Of a DNA stretch of 64,000 nt, positions 37,163 to 47,109 are shown one piece after another (position 1 is the first letter of the stretch; every line of letters starts with the position of its first letter). The notes beneath the pieces are model-generated. The model did no database searches and had not been told where the DNA came from. It worked only from the letters and a program-made list of their open reading frames with translations. The DNA lies in NCBI GenBank assembly GCA_053919585.1, contig CM132793.1; one strand, 5' to 3'. A program made the position numbers and the translations under genes. This stretch comes from Euprymna scolopes. Its lineage: Eukaryota.

Positions 37163-37239
37163 ACATGAATATAAATAAAGGTACATCTTGCTCTTTATTA
37201 TTGAGAACTATTATATAAATCTCGTGAAATAGATTTATA

Positions 37240-37680
37240 CACATATAGACGTATAAAGTTGAGTTTGGACCTGTAGCATACTTTCGATTTGTTTTGTAGC
37301 CGACAAAAAAGAAATGTTGTTAAGGGACCAAAGTTGAAAACAAATCAGTTGATCTTGACAGGCTAAGTTGAATAAAACATTACTGCTTTTACTTTTGCAC
37401 ATGTGTAATATTAAACATTCATAGCTTGAAGTCGCTTAATTTATAACCTTTCGTGTGCATCTTTCAGTAACTCAGACGGTAACAATGCTGAAGAGATAAA
37501 TAATGATTAAGGCTGGATCACTAAACGTTCTGGTTTCAATTCCAGCAGATAATACCCAAATAATATTTTTATTATAACTTTTAAAATTATTACTATATAT
37601 TGAATATAATAAATCTGCACGAATTAAAATATGATATTATGCATATTTTATGACCAGATAACTCTGAGTGGCTTTCTACT
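37240..37680 (+). repeat. Dispersed repeat (Helitron-like family) homologous to 58850-59260 and 16840-16992
   Basis: TTGGACCTGTAGCA..TTTTGCACATG..CAGACGGTAA shared; AAATCTGCA.GAATTAAAATAT shared with ~16921. Confidence 0.65.
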
Positions 37681-37849
37681 ATATTTATAGTTAAATTAAA
37701 AAGATGGGGAGGGGGGAAATTACATAGAACTTTGTTAAATCATCAGATCAATAAGGACGAAAATGAGAGGGAAGTGAAAAACAACCCGTTTAGGTTATAG
37801 AATTTCGAAGTTAAATGCTTCTTCTCTTACCCGGCATTATAACACTATT

Positions 37850-38521
37850 TGTGTATTCCAAAAAATAAGCGGTTTGAGAACAGATTAGAAATGAAAAATT
37901 GAAAAAAATAAAAGCGTTTCCTGATCATTTACTGACTTTTGAGGTCCTATTATCCAAGATTCTTTGCACTGGAATTTATTTTCGAAGCGGTTTCTATTGG
38001 ACTACTGTCGTCCCACCCAAATTACTATTCTAAGGACTTTGACAGCACGAGTATTATCTACATTCACTGGATTTCCACTGGACAAACAGCCAACAAGGAA
38101 TACTACGTTGAGGTTTTAAGGGAATTCAAAAAGGGATTCTCTCAGAACTCTTCAAATTGGGTCAGTGGAATTTCCACAATTCAATCCTTGTCACTATTTG
38201 ACCAAGGTGAGCATCAAAACAGTTCCTCACCTTCCTCATAGTCCAGGCCTTGCACACTGTGACTTTTGGTTATTCCCTAAGCTCAAGCTTAGAGGCTGTT
38301 GTTATGAGACAATCGAAGAGATGAAAAAGGCTGTGACGAGCGTCATTGACATACTCATACAAGAAGACTTCTATTTGTCCCTCCAGAACTTGATAGAATG
38401 GCACAACAAGTGCATTACAGCCAAAGGAGATTACTTTGGAAGGAACTAGAGTTTAATGTTAGTACTATCAATAAAAATGACTATACAAAAATTATTCTGG
38501 AAACTTATTGAAGGCACTTCG
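37850..38521 (+). pseudogene. Degenerate mariner transposon
   Basis: GQTANKEYYVEVL and PHLPHSPGLAHCDFWLFPKLK (YSPDLAP.D motif) ..WHNKCITAKGDYF; right TIR-like CTGGAAACTTATTGAAGGCACTTCG; left boundary approximate. Confidence 0.85.
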
Positions 38522-40659
38522 TGTTTGTTGTAAACTGTGTCCATAAATAATTCAATTTTGTTGATTCTCTTAATATTTTCCATCATTTAAGAGAAAATCC
38601 ATCCATCTCATAGTGTTAACCTTTATCCACAAGGGCTTTTGGTTTTGATAAGTAGTGACCTCTTTGTAAAATAATTTTTTTTTAAAATACATTCAGACTG
38701 AAACCCCAATATTAAATTATGAGCCAGCTTAGTGCAAAGATATTTGGTGCTCTTATCTCTAGTTGCACATCTTTTGGCTGAAGGTCAAGAGTATGTTTTG
38801 TCTGACAGTTTTGTGGTTTAATAATATGCCGTGTTTTAATTGGCAGAATAGGACATAAGTACACACTAACGAATCAAATGAAAGCTCTTGTGACACACAA
38901 AATAGGAATTACGGTTCAAGCATCTGTAAGTTGTTTGTTTCACCATTTATTAGATAAAAGCGTATTTATAGAAATTGTATTCAGGTGCCAAGAACAGTTC
39001 ATTAAAACTTTCCTGGATTATAACATTTGTTAAGGAAAGAGGAAAGGTTGGTTGATAGAAAGTTTTCCTATAGTTTTTGGCCTAAACACTTTCCTAACAT
39101 TAGATCATAGCTATTAATAAATATTTCAGAAAAAAATGGAGAAATTACTCATGCCAAGGATTCTTCAGCACAACTGTATGAGAATTAGCCTCTTTCCATT
39201 TTGAGAAACAATTGACCCTATCTGAAAAGGTAACTGCATGGTAATGAGTTTATATCCAACCATATTTCTTTTGAACCAAGCTTTATTATGTGGAAATGAG
39301 AAATCTAAGATAACCGGAAATAATGCAGGCATTAGCAGAGAACCGGTGTCCTTATTTATTTTCCTCTCCACGAGGGCAAAGTTGTATATAAAGGTCATTT
39401 TTTAATGTTGGGAATATTCAGACCTCCAAAAGAGGCATGCTGGATTGAAAAAAAACTTAGTATTCATCAACCGATGAGCATTTTTCTTCATTCATATTGG
39501 GTAGAGACGATGAAATATAGTTTTAGAACAGATACTACACTGGTGTTATTTCTGCGTTTTTGTTATAAATTAGTTACTTAAGAAAAGCTTGATTATCTAC
39601 TCTGTTATATTATTCATATTGGTGGGAAGTGGCGTAATTTTATCATATATTTCATGTAAATTTTATCTAATCATTTTTATGTATTTGTAAACTATTAACA
39701 TATATTACATTAACTGCATTTCCCCTAACATAACATTGCTTAAATTTATTAGCAATGAAAACTTAAGACTTGCATAAGCAGAGAGAAGGACTGATTTATT
39801 TCGGACTTTTTCCTTACGAAAGCTTTAGAGCCTTGCCTACCTTACTATTTAACTAATACCTGTGGCAAGAAATATGTATTAGATCTTGTCTAACAGTATT
39901 AGAGAAATTGACTTTATAGTGACTTCCATTTCCAAACTTACACCAACTGCTATTCTTAAACCATCACCCATGCTATATGTTACTAAACCTTACATACTCC
40001 TATTCCATTAATAGTATAAAAATATATCTATGGCTAGTAAACTACATGGATGTGTCAGTGGCGTAGCAAGAGTAAACGTCACCCGGGGCGGTCTGCTCAA
40101 ATATACCCCCACTGACATTGTGACACCCCACCTTTGATGTCACCTGGACCGCCACGGGCAAAAGTTTCAAACGATCCAAGACGATGATTGATTTTATATA
40201 GCTTTTATTTCACTTCCAAGGCGTCGATCGCAGAAGAAATGAAAAGTGAATATCTTTGCTTGTGAGTTTCTCTTAGTCTCCATCTTTAGACACGTCAGCT
40301 CCCTCCCAAGGTGGAGGGTAGGAAGAGAAGCTATTAACCCATCCACTCTGTTTGAAATCCTGCCTCCAACGCAACTATCTTCTCAGCTAACCAGAACACG
40401 TGACAACGACCCATCACTTCTGATCAGCTGGTCAAATATCTTTCGGTGCAACTTGATTGGTCACCGAGTTTGATGTATTTTTGCATGTTTTGATAATATA
40501 TCAAAACATAGTTCCACATCTTTTGTCTACTTCCTGGTACGTAGATAAATAGATGCAAAGATAGAGGTATTTGTAAGCAGATATAAAGATAGATAGCTAG
40601 ATAGATAACAGCTAACTTCTTTTCTGTTCTTAAACTATATAACAAATGTACGTTTAAAA

Positions 40660-40909
40660 AACATTATTTCGATCCGTCGTGACGTCATAAGTCCTTGTGG
40701 CTGTGACAGCGCTTTAGCTTTTTTCACCACCTTTTCCTTTCATATTACAGGTTCGAGCCTGTCTACTGCAGCTAATTTTTTTTTCTTTTTTTGCACTTGC
40801 ACGGGTACTCACTGCTATTTCGATTGAAACAAGTTTTTTTTCTGGGATTGTTGAATATCCTTAGTATACCACCTTTCTCCACCCGGGCGACACCGAGTAG
40901 CCCTGATAG
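40660..40909 (+). mobile_element. Helitron 3' region with tRNA-like B-box
   Basis: GGTTCGAGCC at ~40750; CCCGGGCGACACCGAG hairpin and ATAG|T; resembles 17920-18094. Confidence 0.5.
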
Positions 40910-41937
40910 TATTTTATAAAAACTAATGTAATTTTGACTCCCATTCAAATATCGATTCTTTTTTGTCTGATGAAGTGTTATCCTTAAATTGAGATTCCAC
41001 TGAAACATGTATGCACATATGTAACTAATAATGTTTGTCTGATAAACAAACTATATATATATGTGTGTGTGTGTGTGCGTGTGTGTGTAGAGTTTGGATA
41101 AAATATCAATTTGTCTCAATGAATTGTTTACAATGGATAAAGTATTTGTTTAGAAAAATATACAAAAAAAAAAAGCAGACCCGGTTTCATGGTTTAATGA
41201 ATCCGGTGAAAAACTTTGGTAACACAAGAAAATGAATTTAATCATCTGAAAAATTTGTACAATACTTTTTAAGCTTGGAAAATGATTGATTTCATAGTTG
41301 AAGGAAGCGTCAGAATTGTGGTAGAAGTAAAAATGTCAAAAAGAGCAAAATGTATTGATAAGTAATGATTTACTTGTTGAATTATTGAAATTGGTACACT
41401 TTGTTATTTTCATTACTGAATTTCTGCCAACGAATTTTTTAGAGTTCACTAAGTTTGGAATTACTGTTCTTATGCTATATATCACTCGATGAGGTGCAGA
41501 GAATTATGCTGACTATACTATCTATCTGTTCTATTTGATGATTGTTAAGATAGCTGAAACAACAGCATACTGTGTCTAAATTACATTGATACACGGTCCT
41601 CTCGGATTATCAAAGTTAAGAAGAATAGAATCTAATTAGTATTTAACCATTTATTTTTTTAGAACAACATTTTATACATCTGACTCGTTCTGCTTCTACA
41701 GAATTCTTACCGAACTCCATTCAAAACCCCGAAGTACATTATCCCATCAAAAAGTTTCTTCATTTCAATTTTGGGTCTGCTGATTGCGTGTTCTCATGCG
41801 TATCACTTTTGAACCTTTTAATATCAGGCTGCTAATTTGTGATATCTGTCATATTGAACTGTTATAGTAGCTCTAAGATTATAATCAAACTACCACAATT
41901 ATTTTTTCGTTTTTTGTATTTTTGTGCAAATCAAAAG

Positions 41938-42077
41938 TGTTAATGTAGACATTGGTTACCTCCCTTGCTTCAGTTACATGGTTACCTCCCTTGCTTGTGG
42001 TGATATAAATAGGAGTCGGCCATCTTGGTTTAGTGAGTTCGTTCGTACAGTTTAGACAGACTACAAGTGTCTCAACA
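41938..42077 (+). repeat. 5' LTR
   Basis: Identical to 46362-46501; 18-bp direct repeat TGGTTACCTCCCTTGCTT x2; TATAAATA at 42004. Confidence 0.97.
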
Positions 42078-42079
42078 AA

Positions 42080-42090
42080 TGGTAGCAGAG
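42080..42090 (+). promoter_or_regulatory. Primer-binding site complementary to initiator tRNA-Met 3' end
   Basis: TGGTAGCAGAG, 2 nt after the 5' LTR. Confidence 0.9.
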
Positions 42091-42119
42091 ATATCCCTCT
42101 GTGTGCGACAAAACGAAAG

Positions 42120-42152
<33 letters not shown>

Positions 42153-42202
42153 TTTTTTTTTGTACAGCTTGTCTGTAGCACTAGACAGATCGGATATCGG
42201 AT

Positions 42203-45200
42203 ATGGCAACTTCGAACAAACAACCTCCATTGTTGGAGGGGGAGGATGTTTACGAGAACTGGAAACAAGACGTTGAAATGTGGTCGTTGTTCACGGATCT
42301 TTCTGAGGAAAAAAAAGGGCCAGCAGTGTTTTTGACGCTACCACCGAATATTAGAGAATGTGTCCGTGAATTGCCAACAAGTGACATCGGCGGACGAGAT
42401 GGCTTGAAGATCTTAATAAAGAAACTGGATGACATATATTTAAAGGATGAACACACGCGCGCTTACATGACTTTTAAGGAATTTTACACTTATAAAAGAC
42501 CGTCAGGTACCAGTATAAATGACTTTCTTGTTCGTTATGAGTTTTTGTACCAAAGATTAAAAAAATTCTACATTATTCTACCGGAAGGAGTGCAAGCTTT
42601 TCTTGTTTTGAACGCGGTTAACATATCGGAAGAGAACGAAAAATTAGCGCGGACAACGTGTTCTGTTTTGACGTATCAAAACATGAAGGAATCGATAAAG
42701 AAAGTATTTGGTGACATTTATCGTGATGAAAATGTACCGGCAGTGAAATCAGAGCCCGAAATCGTCAACTATAATTATTCTAAACCGGGTAACAACAAAA
42801 GGCGTTTTCGTCGAGGACAATCTAATCCATGTGACCGAAGTGGAAACGTGTTGTTGTGTTACAAATGTCAGTCTCCGAACCATCTAATTAGAGAGTGTCC
42901 TAGAAATACGCCCAGGTTTACGGAAGCGACAGAACAAATACACATTACGTTGTTCATTCAAGAAAATATTTATTTGAACAGTACAAATGAAAAAATCTCA
43001 AATCTTGTAAAGGAAACATTTGGAATGGCAGTCTTGGATTCTGCTTGTACTCGCACACTGGCTGGCGAAGTGTGGCTTGATGTTTATTTAGATACTTTAA
43101 ATGAAAGTGACCTGCAACTAGTGAAGTATACGAACTCAGACCGGAGTTTTTGTTTTGGTGATGGAGTGGCTGTCACAGCAATTAAAGTTGCTAAATTTCC
43201 GGTTACACTCGGAGGTATAAGAGTTTATATCGAAGCAGATATTGTGAAAAACGACTTGCCTCTTCTATTAAGTCACAAATCAATGAAGACAGCAGGAATA
43301 GTGCTAGATTTCCGGAAAGATATGTGCTGGATTTTTGATAAATGTATTGAACTAAAGACCACAACTTCAGGGCACTATTGTCTCCCCTTAACAAATAAGT
43401 TGTTGGATCATAGTGGTACTAAGAACATTGTATTACATGTTCATAATTTTGGTCAGTGTTCTTTCACAGAAAAAAAAAAAAAAGCAGAAAAACTTCATCG
43501 ACAGTTTGCTCATGCCTCGAAGGAAAAACTTGTTTCCTTGGTTAAAAAAAGTGGCAAATTCAATGACAAGGAATTTATAAAGGCGATTGAGGAGGTTTGT
43601 GAAAACTGTCAAATTTGCCTTAGATTTAAAAAAGCTCCACTGCGACCGGTTGTGGGATTGCCTCTTGGCAATAGATTTAATTACACAGTTTGCATGGATT
43701 TGAAAGAGTTCATCCACAATGAGGTGTGGATACTACATCTCATTGATGCCGCTACCAGGTATTCAGCGGCAACATTGATCAAAACAAAGAAGAAGGAGGA
43801 GATCATCAAAAACATCTTTATGATGTGGATTACCTATTTCGGATCTCCTGTTCGTTTTCTGAGTGATAATGGGGGTGAATTCAACAACGAACACTATAGA
43901 CAGATGAATGAAAAACTCAACATAGAGACCTGTACTACTGCTGCAGAAAGTCCATTCAGCAACGGTACTGTAGAACGTCATAATTTGATAGTTGCTGAGG
44001 CAATGAAAAAAACAATTGACGATGAGAAGTGTGAACCTGAAATTGCCTTGGCATGGGCTATTTGTGCAAAAAATGCCCTCCTCAATTACTCTGGACACAG
44101 TCCAAATGAACTTGTATTCGGTTTCAATGTAAATACACCCTCAATTCTGACAGACCAGTTACCTGCTATGGAGTCCTCTACTACAAGTGACATGGTGAGA
44201 AAAAATTTAAATGCTCTCCATAGTGCAAGGAGAAACTTTTTGGAAGCTGAGTCCAGTGAGAGAATTAGGAGAGCTCTCAGGTCTAATGTCAGAACTTATG
44301 CTGATGAAGATTATGCTACCGGAGACCAAATCTATTATCGGAGGCAGGGTTTTAAAGGATGGCGTGGTCCAGCAAAAGTGTTAGGCAGAGAAGGCCAGTT
44401 TGTCTTAATCAGACATGGCGGAGCATTTTATAGGATGCATCCGTGCCAATTGATGAAAGTGAATAAAAACAACGAAAAAAGAACAAAAAAAGCTGAAATG
44501 CTGGGAAACACTACAGAAGGGAAGAATGAATACCTTTCAGTTGAGGAGGAGGAGTTGCAGAATCAAGTGGTAGAAAGTGAAGATATAGACAGAGAAGAAG
44601 TTGTTGATAGTTCTACCAGTTTAAGAGATAAGACTGAAAAACCTGGCCGAAATAAGACCATAACTTATAAAATAAATGGAAGTGAGGAGTGGAAGAAAGG
44701 AAAGGTTATGTCAGTACAGCCTAAATCAACTGGCAAATATAGTCATTGGATCAATATAGAACCTGAGGATGAAAACGAGGATCAAGTTTGTATCAACTGG
44801 AATCATATTGATCATTGGAGAGAAGTGCCCCAATATACTGAACAGGAAAATGTAGTCCTGCTCACCGCTGAACAAGAGCAGTCGAAAGCTGTAATGGATG
44901 CCAAGCATAAAGAAATAAAAAACATGAACACCTATGAAGTATTTGAATGTGTGCCATACACAGGTCAAAAAACAATATCCACAAGATGGGTGATTACTGA
45001 AAAATTCAAGGACAATCAGAAAACAATGAAAGTTCGCCTTGTAGCACGAGGCTATGAAGAAAATAGTAATCTGAAAACAGACTCCCCAACATGTAGCCGT
45101 GAAGCTATGCGAATGGTCATGCTAACCGCATCAATAAAGAATTGGATGCTGCAGACCATAGATTTTACCTCAGCCTTTTTGCAAGGTGGTATTTTAGAGA

Positions 45201-46336
45201 GAGATGTGTACCTGAGGCCACCATCTGATGTTTGTCCTAAATCTCAAGTGTGGAAATTAAAAAGATGCATCTATGGATTGAATGATGCTCCACGGGCATG
45301 GTACAAGAGAGTTACTCAGGCTTTGATTGAATTAAAAGGAGTAGCAAGTGCTTATGATAATGCATTGTTTTTGTGGCATGATATTAAAGGAAATTTGACT
45401 GGAATTCTTGCTATGCACGTGGATGATTTTGTTTTCTGTGGAAACACAGAGTTTGAAAGGGATGTGATTGCAACATTGAAAGAAAAATTTAAGGTGGGAT
45501 CTCATGAAAGTGGAACATTCAAATATGTTGGACTGAATGTTAATCAACAGGAAAATGGGATCACTGTAGAACAAGATCTATATGTATCTTCCATATCTCC
45601 AATAGAAATAAGCAAAGGGAGGATACTGAGGAAAAATGATGAACTGAATGAAGAAGAAAAGCATGAGTTGAAGAGACTTGCAGGTCAGATGATGTGGGTT
45701 TCAACTCAAACACGCCCTGATATAGCTTTTGATGTGTGTAAAATGAGCAACACTGGAAAGCATCCCAAAGTAAAAGCCTTATTTGAGGCGAATAAAGCCT
45801 TATCAAAATTGAAATCCAAGAAGGGTTCTATAACATTTCCAAAATTGGGAAAGCCCTCAGATTTACACATTTTGTGTTATACTGATGCCTCTTATGCCAG
45901 TCTGGAAGATGGATCTTCACAGGGTGGTTTTGTTGTCTTTATTGGAGGAAGTACTGACAAAATGGCCCCTATGTGTTGGGCGTCAAAGAAATTGGACAGA
46001 GTGACAAAAAGCCCATTGGCCTCAGAGACTCTTGCTCTGAATGAGGGAGCTGATGCTGGTGTTTTGACTGCGGTTATGATACAAGAGGTATTTCAGTTAT
46101 CTAAATTGCCAGACGTTCTCTGCAAGACAGATAATGCATCACTTGTGGAGACATTGAATTCCAACAATCTGGTAAGCGATCGACGATTGAGAATAGATGT
46201 AGCAAGGCTGAAGGAAATGAAGAGTAGAGGGGAGATACAGATAGAATGGATCAAGGGTTGTGATCAGGTCTCTGATTGTTTGACCAAGGCAGGAGCTTCG
46301 TCTGAGCTTCTAAGGGACTTGTTAAATCAGAAATAA
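42203..46336 (+). CDS. Copia gag-pol polyprotein, 1377 aa
   Basis: CCHC CYKCQSPNHLIREC; protease VLDSACT; integrase HRQFAH..CQIC, MDL, SDNGGEF, NGTVER; RT KVRLVARGY and HVDD; TRPDI; RNase H TDAS, TDN, SDCLTK; no stops or frameshifts. Confidence 0.97.
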   Translation: MATSNKQPPLLEGEDVYENWKQDVEMWSLFTDLSEEKKGPAVFLTLPPNIRECVRELPTSDIGGRDGLKILIKKLDDIYLKDEHTRAYMTFKEFYTYKRPSGTSINDFLVRYEFLYQRLKKFYIILPEGVQAFLVLNAVNISEENEKLARTTCSVLTYQNMKESIKKVFGDIYRDENVPAVKSEPEIVNYNYSKPGNNKRRFRRGQSNPCDRSGNVLLCYKCQSPNHLIRECPRNTPRFTEATEQIHITLFIQENIYLNSTNEKISNLVKETFGMAVLDSACTRTLAGEVWLDVYLDTLNESDLQLVKYTNSDRSFCFGDGVAVTAIKVAKFPVTLGGIRVYIEADIVKNDLPLLLSHKSMKTAGIVLDFRKDMCWIFDKCIELKTTTSGHYCLPLTNKLLDHSGTKNIVLHVHNFGQCSFTEKKKKAEKLHRQFAHASKEKLVSLVKKSGKFNDKEFIKAIEEVCENCQICLRFKKAPLRPVVGLPLGNRFNYTVCMDLKEFIHNEVWILHLIDAATRYSAATLIKTKKKEEIIKNIFMMWITYFGSPVRFLSDNGGEFNNEHYRQMNEKLNIETCTTAAESPFSNGTVERHNLIVAEAMKKTIDDEKCEPEIALAWAICAKNALLNYSGHSPNELVFGFNVNTPSILTDQLPAMESSTTSDMVRKNLNALHSARRNFLEAESSERIRRALRSNVRTYADEDYATGDQIYYRRQGFKGWRGPAKVLGREGQFVLIRHGGAFYRMHPCQLMKVNKNNEKRTKKAEMLGNTTEGKNEYLSVEEEELQNQVVESEDIDREEVVDSSTSLRDKTEKPGRNKTITYKINGSEEWKKGKVMSVQPKSTGKYSHWINIEPEDENEDQVCINWNHIDHWREVPQYTEQENVVLLTAEQEQSKAVMDAKHKEIKNMNTYEVFECVPYTGQKTISTRWVITEKFKDNQKTMKVRLVARGYEENSNLKTDSPTCSREAMRMVMLTASIKNWMLQTIDFTSAFLQGGILERDVYLRPPSDVCPKSQVWKLKRCIYGLNDAPRAWYKRVTQALIELKGVASAYDNALFLWHDIKGNLTGILAMHVDDFVFCGNTEFERDVIATLKEKFKVGSHESGTFKYVGLNVNQQENGITVEQDLYVSSISPIEISKGRILRKNDELNEEEKHELKRLAGQMMWVSTQTRPDIAFDVCKMSNTGKHPKVKALFEANKALSKLKSKKGSITFPKLGKPSDLHILCYTDASYASLEDGSSQGGFVVFIGGSTDKMAPMCWASKKLDRVTKSPLASETLALNEGADAGVLTAVMIQEVFQLSKLPDVLCKTDNASLVETLNSNNLVSDRRLRIDVARLKEMKSRGEIQIEWIKGCDQVSDCLTKAGASSELLRDLLNQK

Positions 46337-46361
46337 ATTATTCACTTGAGGACAGCAGCAA

Positions 46362-46501
46362 TGTTAATGTAGACATTGGTTACCTCCCTTGCTTCAGTTA
46401 CATGGTTACCTCCCTTGCTTGTGGTGATATAAATAGGAGTCGGCCATCTTGGTTTAGTGAGTTCGTTCGTACAGTTTAGACAGACTACAAGTGTCTCAAC
46501 A
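46362..46501 (+). repeat. 3' LTR
   Basis: Identical to the 5' LTR by eye. Confidence 0.97.
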
Positions 46502-47109
46502 AAAAGAATTAGTATTATCAAATTGATAAAAATGAGGACTTTGAATTGTTATAAGAAAAGTAAAGAATTGAACTGCAACCTGATGTATTATTCTAGTTAA
46601 AGCATTTTAACAGAATTATTAGAAGAGATATCTCATCTTTGCATCTGCAGCTGATGGCTTTTAATTTGTTTTTGTTTTATTTTATGGAAAATAGCGCACT
46701 TGTTAAGTTTTAGTCATTACTAAAACTCCATAATTATTATAAACGATTCATTATATGTGATTAATTAAACACAAGTTGCTATTTTCCTCATAGATAGGGA
46801 GTATTGGTACATAATTAAATGATTTAAAAAAGTTAATGGGAACTGGATTTTGCATAGCCGATTACATAAGCAATAATGGTTTCCATCAGATTAACCATAC
46901 TTTCTTGTCATTGCTTTTTCTGTTATCTATGAATTTGTTGCTATTAGCTATATATATATATATATATATATGGTATTGAGTTATTTTGTTTCTCAACACT
47001 ATAAATATATAAATGATTAAAACAATTTAATAGAAAGTTTATTTGGCATAGCAGATTCGATAGTTCATGGCCGTATCCATGAAACCAATTATTCAAACTG
47101 TATTTTTCA

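Larger units (their letters stand above)
41938..46501 (+). mobile_element. Complete Ty1/copia LTR retrotransposon, GalEa-like
   Basis: Identical 140-bp LTRs TGTT..AACA; 5-bp TSD AAAAG (41933-41937, 46502-46506); PBS; single ORF in gag-PR-IN-RT-RH order. Confidence 0.97.

Noticed and set aside
40056-40150. CAGTGGCGTAGC hAT-like left terminus
   Set aside because: No matching right terminus or TSD found, so no element can be delimited
41885-42335. Upstream or overlapping ORFs with poly-K/poly-F, or an env-like gene in the copia element
   Set aside because: Produced by the A/T homopolymers; no room for an extra gene between the stop codon and the 3' LTR
42250-45806. Several antisense ORFs inside the copia ORF
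   Set aside because: Short shadow frames with no recognisable motifs
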